A stretch of DNA of 50,188 nt, from assembly GCA_040400605.1 (NCBI GenBank), contig JBBAPZ010000013.1, forward strand, positions 1 to 50,188, read 5' to 3'. Below the pieces are notes generated by a model. The model had not been told where the DNA came from, made no database searches, and saw only the letters and a list, made by a program, of their open reading frames with translations. Positions within the stretch are counted from its first letter, which is position 1. Each line of letters starts with the position of its first letter. Below are positions 29,262-39,356 of this stretch, piece by piece. A program made the position numbers and the translations under genes. The DNA is from Candidatus Sericytochromatia bacterium. Its GTDB lineage: Bacteria > Cyanobacteriota > Sericytochromatia > S15B-MN24 > JAQBPE01.

Positions 29262-29522
29262 ATTTGACTCCCCCTGCTGCCCTTAAAACAGCTGTCCGAA
29301 ACAATTCGGCCAGTTCAAACATTTGACCCGAATTCGCCACGCATTGGACTGAACTTCCTCCTGCATCGGTGAGCGACTCAAGCTTCCCGCATTTGCCCAA
29401 TCAACCATCAACACACGCTGGCTTGATGACCCATTACAGACTGGCTACCACGACGTATCCCCGACGCGTTCAGCACGCCCCCAACTTGACATGCCGACAA
29501 TGGCACAATCCCGCAGTGATAT

Positions 29523-29543
29523 TAATGCAATATTATTGCGTTT
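29523..29543. promoter_or_regulatory. Second Fur/Zur-like palindrome upstream of the COG0523 operon
   Basis: TAATGCAATATTATTGCGTTT; shares ATTAATGCAATA with 26344-26355; minus-strand TTTACA is adjacent. Confidence 0.7.
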
Positions 29544-29801
29544 GTGTAAAGGGGTGACACCTTTCGGAGGATTGGAAGTAGAAGTGCGCGCAAGGGGGCT
29601 TGGCAGGTTTTTTGGGGTCCAGTTTGTGTTGAAACGGCTTTGACGTTTTTTTGACCTTGGTTTCTGGTGCCGCTAGGGAGTAGGCACAATCGTTGGTCGT
29701 CAACCCGTTGGTTTTCTTAATGGGGATTCGTGTTCAGGGAGAGCGCTTGCCAGACCGCAACGTAAGATGCGTGGCGGGTTTGCTCTTTAGTGGATCGCTT
29801 T

Positions 29802-29830
29802 TTGCCATTCAAAAACGGGTATGCGATAAT
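29802..29830 (+). promoter_or_regulatory. Putative promoter of the aminotransferase-serA operon
   Basis: TTGCCA-17-GATAAT with extended TG. Confidence 0.6.
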
Positions 29831-29940
29831 CGACGCGGCCCGAGGGTGCGCCAGGTTTGAACACGCGTGGGTGTCAAGCGTGGCATTCGCGTGTTTCAAC
29901 GAGGGGCAGGTGGGCCCCGTGACGCGAAGAGAGGAACCCG

Positions 29941-31110
29941 ATGAACGAGCACATGCGGCTGATGCTGCCAGGCCCTACCCCCATACCGCCGAGTGCGCAA
30001 AACGCCTTGGGGCGACCGATGATCAACCATCGGGGACCAGAGTTTGCCGAGTTGTTCGCGCGTTGTATGGACGGGATGCGTTGGCTGTTTCAGACGCGCG
30101 GGGACGTTGTGTTGCTTGCTGCGGCGTCTGGCACGGGTGGGCTTGAATCCGCCATTGCGAACACGTTGTCGCCGGGTGATCGCGTGTTGGCGCTTGTCGC
30201 GGGTGAGTTCGGCGCGCGTTTTGCCGATATGGCGGAGCAGTTCGGCGCGAATGTGACGCGGTTGCTGGTGGATTATGGTCAGGCGTTCAGTCCGGATGAA
30301 CTGGCGTCGCAGCTGGCTTTAGTGCCTTATCGTGCAGTTTTGATCACCCACAACGAGACCTCGACCGCCGTTATGCAGCCACTCGAAGCACTGGCGCGAG
30401 CGGCCAGGCGCGTGCACCCGGACATCCTGATTCTGGTGGATGCGGTCAGCAGCCTCGGTGTGGTTGATTTGCCGGTTGATGCGTGGGAACTTGATGTGGT
30501 GGTGTCAGGGTCGCAAAAAGCGTTCATGATCCCGCCGGGGATGGCGGCGGCGTCTGTCTCCCAGCGCGCGTGGGAGGCCTCAAAAGTGGCGACGATGCCC
30601 CGTTATTATTGGAGTTTTGAGCAGCACAAGCAGTTTGAAGGCAAAGGACAGACCCCTTGGACGCCTGCTTTGTCGTTGATGTATGCGCTGGATGAAAGTT
30701 TGAAAATTATGCAGGCTGAGGGGTTGCCGGCCATTTTTGCGCGACACGAAACGATGACTGGCATGTTGCGCCGTGGGGCGGAGGCGATGGGGCTTGAGTT
30801 GGTGGTGATAGATGAGGCGATCGCCAGCCGCTCCGTGACGGCGATTTATCCGCCTGCCGGTATCGCAGCGGATGCGGTTCGGCAGCGGATGCAGGCGGAT
30901 TTTGGCCTGGTGCTGGCGGGTGGGCAAGGCAAGATGGCGGGAAAAATTTTCCGCATTGGCCATCTTGGTTTTTACCAACCCCTGGATATGCTGACCGTGT
31001 TGGCTGCTTTGGAGGTTACCCTGGTGCGGATGGGGGCGGAATTGCACTTGGGCGCGGGCGTGCGCGCCGCTCAGGATGCGTTGCTGAAAGGGAGTGTGGT
31101 TCATGCTTGA
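29941..31110 (+). CDS. Class V PLP aminotransferase (alanine-glyoxylate family; probable phosphoserine aminotransferase role)
   Basis: LMLPGPT, HNETST, VDAVSS, SGSQKA (PLP Lys), FRIGHLG; directly upstream of serA. Confidence 0.9.
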   Translation: MNEHMRLMLPGPTPIPPSAQNALGRPMINHRGPEFAELFARCMDGMRWLFQTRGDVVLLAAASGTGGLESAIANTLSPGDRVLALVAGEFGARFADMAEQFGANVTRLLVDYGQAFSPDELASQLALVPYRAVLITHNETSTAVMQPLEALARAARRVHPDILILVDAVSSLGVVDLPVDAWELDVVVSGSQKAFMIPPGMAAASVSQRAWEASKVATMPRYYWSFEQHKQFEGKGQTPWTPALSLMYALDESLKIMQAEGLPAIFARHETMTGMLRRGAEAMGLELVVIDEAIASRSVTAIYPPAGIAADAVRQRMQADFGLVLAGGQGKMAGKIFRIGHLGFYQPLDMLTVLAALEVTLVRMGAELHLGAGVRAAQDALLKGSVVHA

Positions 31111-32734
31111 GAATGCAAGTGCTTTGTTGGAGTCCAACAGGATGAAGACGGGCCTCAAACGTGTACTGGTGAGCGATCCGATTGAAGCGGCCGGCCTTGA
31201 GGCCTTGCAGGGCATCGCTGAGGTGGATTACCTGACTGACCTCAACCCGGAGCAATTGCTTGAAGTTATTGGTGAGTACGATGCGTGGATGGTTCGATCG
31301 CAAACCAGGGTCACGGCGCCCTTGATTCAGGCAGGCAAAAAACTGAAAATCATCGGCCGCGCGGGCGTCGGTGTGGACAACATCGACGTCCCCGCCGCCA
31401 CCCGCGCGGGTGTTGTTGTTGTCAACTCGCCGGCGGGCAATACCGTTGCGGCGGCGGAGCATACACTCGCCATGATGATGGCGCTCTCGCGGCACATTGG
31501 CCCTGCGGATGCCTCTGTAAAGCGTGGTGAATGGAAGCGCACGAAATATGTGGGTGCGGAGTTGTTTGGCAAGGTTTTGGGCGTGATCGGTCTTGGCAAG
31601 ATTGGCTCGCACGTCGTGAAGGTAGCCCAATCACTTGGGATGCGCGTGGTGGCCTATGACCCCTTTGTGACCGTCGAGCGCGCCGAAGAAATGGGCGTTG
31701 GCATTGCGAGTGTACAGGAACTGGTCAGGCAAAGTGACTACATCACGGTGCATGTGCCCAAGACGCCCGAAACCGCTGGTTTGATCGGCAAAGAAATGCT
31801 CGCTTTGGCCAAGCCCGGCGTCCGGATCATCAATGTGGCGCGCGGCGGCATCATCAACGAGGATGCCCTCATTGCTGCCATCGAATCCGGTCACGTCGCT
31901 GGTGCTGCGCTTGATGTGTTCGAACAGGAACCGCTCGCGAAGCAGTCCCTTCGCGATCTGGGCGATCGCGTCCTGCTCACGCCGCATCTCGGCGCAAGCA
32001 CCGAAGAAGCCCAACTCAACGTCGCCATCGACGTCGCGGAACAAATCGCCGAAGTCCTCAAAGGCGGCGAAGCCCGCGCAGCCGTCAACATTCCCAACCT
32101 GCGACCAGAACTGATGAGCCAGTTGCGTCCCTTTGTCACCCTCGCCGAAAAGCTTGGCACTGTCGCAGCCCAGTTGGCCACAGGTCCGCTCGAAGCGGTC
32201 GAAGTCAGCTACGCCGGGGACGTGGCAAGTCACGAACTCAAGCCGCTGACCAATGCGGTGATCAAAGGACTCCTCACACCTGCCCTGGCCGAAGGCGTCA
32301 ACTACGTCAACGCGGGTTTGCTTGCCAAAGAACGTGGCTTGACTGTCCGAGAAGTTCGCAGTGGTGATTCAGTGGATTACGCGGATCTCATCCGTGTCAC
32401 CGTGCGCACGGCCGAGCGGGAACGGCAGGTGGCGGGCACGCTTTTGCACCGCGATTTGCCCGCTCTCGTTGGCGTGGATGAATATGCAGTCAGCCTGATC
32501 ATCGACGGGCCCATGCTCTTTGCACCGCACCAGGACTTGCCGGGCACCATCGGTAAGGTTGGCACCATTCTTGGCAACCACGGCATTAACATCTTTGGGA
32601 TGCAGATGGGGCGCCGTGCCCAGCACGGCCCCGCTTTGATGATCCTGAACCTGGATCAGTCCATTCCTGACGCGATCGTCGATGAAATCCGGCGGCTGCC
32701 CGGTTTCTTTGACGTGCAACTCGTGCGCGGCTAA
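31103..32734 (+). CDS. serA: D-3-phosphoglycerate dehydrogenase (with ASB and ACT domains)
   Basis: GRAGVGVDNID, GLGKIG, NVARGG, TPHLGASTEEAQ; ATG 31142 is an alternative start. Confidence 0.95.
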   Translation: MLENASALLESNRMKTGLKRVLVSDPIEAAGLEALQGIAEVDYLTDLNPEQLLEVIGEYDAWMVRSQTRVTAPLIQAGKKLKIIGRAGVGVDNIDVPAATRAGVVVVNSPAGNTVAAAEHTLAMMMALSRHIGPADASVKRGEWKRTKYVGAELFGKVLGVIGLGKIGSHVVKVAQSLGMRVVAYDPFVTVERAEEMGVGIASVQELVRQSDYITVHVPKTPETAGLIGKEMLALAKPGVRIINVARGGIINEDALIAAIESGHVAGAALDVFEQEPLAKQSLRDLGDRVLLTPHLGASTEEAQLNVAIDVAEQIAEVLKGGEARAAVNIPNLRPELMSQLRPFVTLAEKLGTVAAQLATGPLEAVEVSYAGDVASHELKPLTNAVIKGLLTPALAEGVNYVNAGLLAKERGLTVREVRSGDSVDYADLIRVTVRTAERERQVAGTLLHRDLPALVGVDEYAVSLIIDGPMLFAPHQDLPGTIGKVGTILGNHGINIFGMQMGRRAQHGPALMILNLDQSIPDAIVDEIRRLPGFFDVQLVRG

Positions 32735-32958
32735 TTCTTGTTGAAGACGCGGGCAACCTTACTTCGGGCTGTCCGCGTTTCGCTTGAAATCGTCGGCTTA
32801 AGGCCGTTTTGCGCGACCGTTGCGCGTGTTGAAGGAAGTAATTCTGGCCAGTTGGTGCAGCAGGCATCAGCCCTATCTGACGACCAGTCGCATCACCAGG
32901 CGGCCTATTGGGTTGTCGTTAGCCAAAGTGACTCTCCGCAGGTTCGCGTCACCGTGTT

Positions 32959-33237
32959 TCAGAAGCCAGATAAGCCGTAGTCCATCATCAGCCGATCCCC
33001 TTCCAGGGGCTTGTCCCAAGGCGCGATCCTAAATGACAAATCTCCGTCCCGGTTCTTATTATCGCTGTCCACCAGGTTGCCATAACCACCCACTGCGCGT
33101 GCAGCCAAGCTGATCTGCTTTTCTTTACAAGGGAAATTCCCGATCAAGTCCGCGATACGACAACTCTCAAAATCACCCCGATTGTGACGCTCCTGGAGTT
33201 TAGTCGCTAGGGAGAGCGTTGAACGTTGGATTGGCAT
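32959..33237 (-). CDS. Possible small hypothetical protein or gene remnant
   Basis: 92-aa ORF with EF-hand-like DNKNRDGDLSF; weak SD. Confidence 0.25.
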   Translation of the reverse strand: MPIQRSTLSLATKLQERHNRGDFESCRIADLIGNFPCKEKQISLAARAVGGYGNLVDSDNKNRDGDLSFRIAPWDKPLEGDRLMMDYGLSGF

Positions 33238-33768
33238 TGTGTGTGTCCGCCTGTTTTTGATCAAGGGCGCCTTACCAGAGTGCGATCGTGATAACATCCT
33301 TTGCTTTTGGTTTGGTCTAATCCTTTTTCATCGCCCGCCGGTTTTGTACCGGGTACGTCAAACGCGCGAGGGGCACTCTGAGTTGCTAGTACCATAACAA
33401 AGGTATCCTTTCTGTCTTTACATCGTTGCTACGAGCCTATCATCCGTGTCTTGCCCCGGGTTCTTATGTCAGGTTAGATTTACGATATGACTAATCTGGC
33501 ACGATAAACTTGATGGAAGGATGGCGCATCAATTGCAAACTGCGGGTTGAAGTGGCAAGGTTTCAGCGTGTCCGTGCTGTTTGCCATTCGAAATATGGTT
33601 CGTGTCGCTTGGTTCCATTCAGTTGCTTCTTGATAGCAAAAATGGCGTCGCCAGCGGCTGTACCGCGCGTGTGTCAATGCTGTGTCGGGTATTTGTATGG
33701 TGTGATACATCCCTGGTTGCCGGTCTGTGGTACCCTCAGCCGGTGGTGTTCAGTGCTAAACTGGGATG

Positions 33769-34164
33769 ATGGATTATGGCGCTGTCTTGAAATCCTTGCA
33801 GGCGGCTCTTCCGAACCTGCAGTCACTCTATGCCTTTGGCAGTCGGGTACGTGGGGATGCCACCGCTTCAAGTGACCTTGATCTGGCTGTATTGGTTGAA
33901 GGGTATGTGGAACCGACAACCGTGTTTGAACTTGCCGGGACGCTCGCGGACCTGGTCGGTTGTCCGGTTGACTTGCTTGATTTTCGCAGGGCCTCGACTA
34001 TCATGCAGCATCAGATTCTAACAACTGGCGTCTGCTGGTGGCGGAAAGACTTTCGCGTCGCTCTTTACGAAGCCGCCATCATGAGCGACAAAACGGAATT
34101 GGATGCTGCGCGGAGGGATCTGCTTTCAGACATTGCCAAAAGGGGCAGCATTTATGGCGGATGA
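33769..34164 (+). CDS. mntA: MNT nucleotidyltransferase antitoxin (MntA-type, type VII TA)
   Basis: FGS-x10-DLD motif (FGSRVRGDATASSDLD); overlaps the HEPN gene; ATG 33766 is an alternative start. Confidence 0.9.
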   Translation: MDYGAVLKSLQAALPNLQSLYAFGSRVRGDATASSDLDLAVLVEGYVEPTTVFELAGTLADLVGCPVDLLDFRRASTIMQHQILTTGVCWWRKDFRVALYEAAIMSDKTELDAARRDLLSDIAKRGSIYGG

Positions 34165-34585
34165 TGTCTTGCTCAATAAGGCGGCCAGCATCGAGCGCTG
34201 CATCAAGCGCGCGCGGGATGAGTATGCTTCGGAACCCGACACGTTTGTGCAGAGCCTGACCCGGCAGGATGCGGCGATCCTCAATATTCAACGTGCGTGC
34301 GAGGCTGCGCTGGATATGGGATGGCACCTGATCCGCCGCGAAAAACTGGGCCTGCCGCAAAGTGCCCGCGACGTCTTTGAGCTGCTGGCTCAATCCGGGT
34401 GGGTCACGCAGTCGTTGGCCGATAACCTCAAACGCATGGTGGGGTTTCGCAACATCGCCGTCCAGGATGATCAGGCGTTGCAGCTCCCCATTGTCGTCGC
34501 CATCATCACGCGCCATCTCGACGACTTTCTGCAGTTCACCCGCGGTATCTTACTGCGCGATTTGCACCCGGGTGAGCCCAAGTGA
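34154..34585 (+). CDS. hepT: HEPN/DUF86 toxin (HepT-type), catalytic motif mutated
   Basis: QDAAILNIQRACEAALD, PQSARD, MVGFRNIAVQDD versus canonical RNIAVHDY. Confidence 0.88.
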   Translation: MADDVLLNKAASIERCIKRARDEYASEPDTFVQSLTRQDAAILNIQRACEAALDMGWHLIRREKLGLPQSARDVFELLAQSGWVTQSLADNLKRMVGFRNIAVQDDQALQLPIVVAIITRHLDDFLQFTRGILLRDLHPGEPK

Positions 34586-34676
34586 CAACGAACGTTTAAC
34601 GAACGACCAACGACGCTGATGCGTGAGGAACCAGTGGCGCCACCAGACACACGATGGGCACGCGGACAATGGTCAA

Positions 34677-34790
34677 ACAGCGATCCATCAATCGCTGTTC
34701 ACAATTTGGGCCGCAGAATGACAAACTTCAGTCACCCACGCGCTCTTGCACAAGTGCAGCCAGATTCGATCACCAACCAACGCATCGCTG
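34677..34790 (+). repeat. Dispersed degenerate intergenic repeat, copy 4 (tandem with copy 5)
   Basis: ACAGCGATCCATCAATCGCTGTTCACAATTT..GCAGCCAGATTCGATCACCAACCAACGCAT matches copies 3 and 5. Confidence 0.7.
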
Positions 34791-34811
34791 GGTGACGTTC
34801 AGTCACGCGAT

Positions 34812-34928
34812 ACAGTGACACATCGATTGGTGTTCAAAATTTATGTTGCAAACCCAAAGCCTCAGGCAATGACTCACTGTCTTTGAACAGTAGCCAACGT
34901 TTGATCACAAATCAATGTTTTTGCATCG
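34812..34928 (+). repeat. Dispersed degenerate intergenic repeat, copy 5
   Basis: ACAGTGACACATCGATTGGTGTTCAAAA..GGCAATGACTCACTGTCTTTGAACAGTAGCCAACGTTTGATCAC is collinear with copy 3. Confidence 0.8.
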
Positions 34929-34975
34929 CCCCTTTCTTTTTTGCTTCTTATCGGCACACACCCGGTCGAGAGATT

Positions 34976-35641
34976 CTATTGGTCCCCGTTGTCGTAGCCA
35001 GGCATCGGCCAAACGAAACCCGGACGTCTCACCTGATTGGCACTCAAAACGACGGCTGCCTGACTCAACAACTCGCGAACATCACGCTCCCCCGAGTTGT
35101 CGCCGGGAGAAGTCAACCGTAACGTTTCTTTCGGTACCTCCGGAAAAATAAAAGAAGGGTAGGGTTTGACCACCCAGAAAAACCGCCACGGCGAAAACTG
35201 AGGTTGCTTCATCACGCCCCCCCCCATACGGCTGTGTTCGTAGACAACTCCGTTTGTTGAAAGCTTCGCCGTTCGCAAACCCTCTGACAAATGGTTGCGA
35301 ACTTCCTGAGCGTGCCAGGTTTGCCCATTCAGGTTCACGCCTACCTGCCCGTTTGGCGATAGCTCAATCCGGATTTTAAATCGCCCCTCCTTCGATTGCC
35401 CCATCACCTCAAAAGTGGCATTTATCGGGTAAACTTTGCTGTCGCCTTTGTTCGTCAAACCGCTGATGTTTGACAGTTTTTCGACCACCGGTTGCGTCAG
35501 AACGAATTCACCAGGGTCACGGGCCGTGACTCGCTGCGACTGAACAACAACGCCTGCCTTGGGCAATGCCGTGAACCCTGTTGCGTTCCCGCAACCCGCC
35601 AAAACCAATGCCAAACCCACCGACATCCAACCCTTTTGCAT
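34976..35641 (-). CDS. Hypothetical lipoprotein
   Basis: MQKGWMSVGLALVLAGC lipobox; GAGGAGG SD. Confidence 0.8.
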   Translation of the reverse strand: MQKGWMSVGLALVLAGCGNATGFTALPKAGVVVQSQRVTARDPGEFVLTQPVVEKLSNISGLTNKGDSKVYPINATFEVMGQSKEGRFKIRIELSPNGQVGVNLNGQTWHAQEVRNHLSEGLRTAKLSTNGVVYEHSRMGGGVMKQPQFSPWRFFWVVKPYPSFIFPEVPKETLRLTSPGDNSGERDVRELLSQAAVVLSANQVRRPGFVWPMPGYDNGDQ

Positions 35642-35788
35642 CGCCTGCCTCCTCAATCCGCCTAAAGCTGAAACGCCATCACACCGGTTTCGGCCGTCTT
35701 TGCAGTGACTCACCGCTGCCTGATTCCCTTTGGTTATCTTTAGCTTAAAATTAAATTTTATAAATGTAAAACGAATAATTGTTTTGTT

Positions 35789-35811
35789 TTTATCAATCAA
35801 AAGTTGATAAA
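35789..35811. promoter_or_regulatory. Palindromic operator in the AT-rich divergent promoter region
   Basis: TTTATCAA-N7-TTGATAAA between the lipoprotein and LysR genes. Confidence 0.55.
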
Positions 35812-35887
35812 CTAAACGTGGCAATAAGGTGACGGGGTGTCAGGTTGACCGGTAATTGTGTTTTGCCATTCGGATGTATGAGGGGGA

Positions 35888-36775
35888 GTGAGCGGTGTGA
35901 ATCTGGTATGGATTCGTTATTTTGTGGCGCTGGCTGAGACGGGTCATTTTCATCACGCGGCTGAGCGGAGTTGTGTGACGCCGCAGGCGCTCAGCAAGGG
36001 GATTGCGTTGTTGGAGCAGCATCTTGGTGTGGTGTTGGTTGCGCGTGATCGCCGGATGCGGGGCTTGACTGACGCCGGGGAGGCTTTTTTGCAGGATGCT
36101 CGCCAAATTTTGGCGAGCCTGGAGGATTCTGAGCGTCGCATGGCGGTGTGGCAAGAGACTGAGCCGTCGGGCACGCTGCGTATTGCAGGCGATGGGCTTT
36201 GGCACCATTACCTGTTGCCGCCTTTGCTGCAAACATTGCTCGCTGCGCATCCGCGCATTCGACCCTGTTTGCATGAGATGCATCCGGATGATGTGGAGGA
36301 CTGGGTGGCGGCAGGCGATGTGGATTTGGGTTTTTTGTTGCGTGCGCCGCGGCGCCCGGATCTGGAATGCTGTCGGGGCATCGCTGTGCCTTACGTCATT
36401 GCAGGCAAGCCTCAAGCGCACCGGGCGTGGCATGAGTGGGGTTATATTGTGCCACGCTTTTTCAAACGTCCATTTGTTGAATCACTGGATGGCTGGCCGG
36501 AGGGGCTGTTCCCGCGTCAAATCGTTGCGGAAGTTGAGTTGCTTGAAACAGCCATTCAGCTGTGCGAAGCGGGGCTTGGGGTTGCTTTTCTGCCAGAGTT
36601 GGCTTTAAAGGAGCGTTTCTCCCAAGGGACACTTGCGATTGTGGCACAGGCTCCGTGTGCCTTTGCTGACACTTTGCATGTGGTGTGGCGTAAAGGTGTG
36701 AGGCGGCGTCCTGCGGCAGGCGCCTTGATGCGGGTGCTTTCAGAGGCGGGGGTGTTTGCGGGATCCGAACAGTGA
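35888..36775 (+). CDS. LysR-family transcriptional regulator
   Basis: YFVALAETGHFHHAAE..VTPQALSKGIALLEQHLG HTH, LTDAG. Confidence 0.93.
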   Translation: MSGVNLVWIRYFVALAETGHFHHAAERSCVTPQALSKGIALLEQHLGVVLVARDRRMRGLTDAGEAFLQDARQILASLEDSERRMAVWQETEPSGTLRIAGDGLWHHYLLPPLLQTLLAAHPRIRPCLHEMHPDDVEDWVAAGDVDLGFLLRAPRRPDLECCRGIAVPYVIAGKPQAHRAWHEWGYIVPRFFKRPFVESLDGWPEGLFPRQIVAEVELLETAIQLCEAGLGVAFLPELALKERFSQGTLAIVAQAPCAFADTLHVVWRKGVRRRPAAGALMRVLSEAGVFAGSEQ

Positions 36776-37046
36776 TTTGAACGGCGGTAACGTGAGGGAC
36801 GCGTGCTTGACGGGCATTTAACTATCGACTTTAAAGACCTCGAGAACGAGTGATTGGCACGTCAACGATCAATTTTAAATTGATACAGTGAATAAGCTTA
36901 TTTTTCAGGCGAAGGGGTGGTGAGCGCAATCGTGTCAGGTAAAACCATGACTTGCTGAATTCTCTCGTGATTGAGGTAATGGCTGGAATGCTCATTGCGC
37001 GTCGTAACCGCTACGCCATTTGGGCACAGTATTTTCTCGTCTCGAT

Positions 37047-37112
37047 ACAGTGACGCAGCGGTTTTTGTTCAAAAATTGACCAGCGGAATCAAACTGTGAG
37101 GTGATGACTCGC
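37047..37112 (+). repeat. Dispersed degenerate intergenic repeat, copy 6 (5' half only)
   Basis: ACAGTGACGCAGCGGTTTTTGTTCAAAA..TGACTCGC. Confidence 0.75.
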
Positions 37113-37190
37113 CAGGATAGATTATCAGCTTCTTCGCAGCGAGGCCGTCTGATCAGCGAAACGGATGGTTACTGCGCCCAGGGCGTGTTT

Positions 37191-37219
37191 TTGTATTCCT
37201 ACCCGTATTTGGGTAAGAT
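37191..37219 (+). promoter_or_regulatory. Putative promoter giving a leaderless dnaX transcript
   Basis: TTGTAT-17-TAAGAT, ATG 6 nt downstream, no SD. Confidence 0.55.
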
Positions 37220-37225
37220 GGTCGC

Positions 37226-39334
<2,109 letters not shown>

Positions 39335-39356
39335 ATGGCGCAAGGAGGTCATTCGC

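Noticed and set aside
34677..34928. Tandem repeat copies as a CRISPR array or integron attC sites
   Set aside because: Units are long and degenerate without identical repeat-spacer periodicity; no RYYYAAC/GTTRRRY ends, cas genes or integrase seen
35642..35824. N-terminal 61-aa extension of the lipoprotein ORF
   Set aside because: Runs through the AT-rich regulatory region; SD and lipobox place the start at 35641
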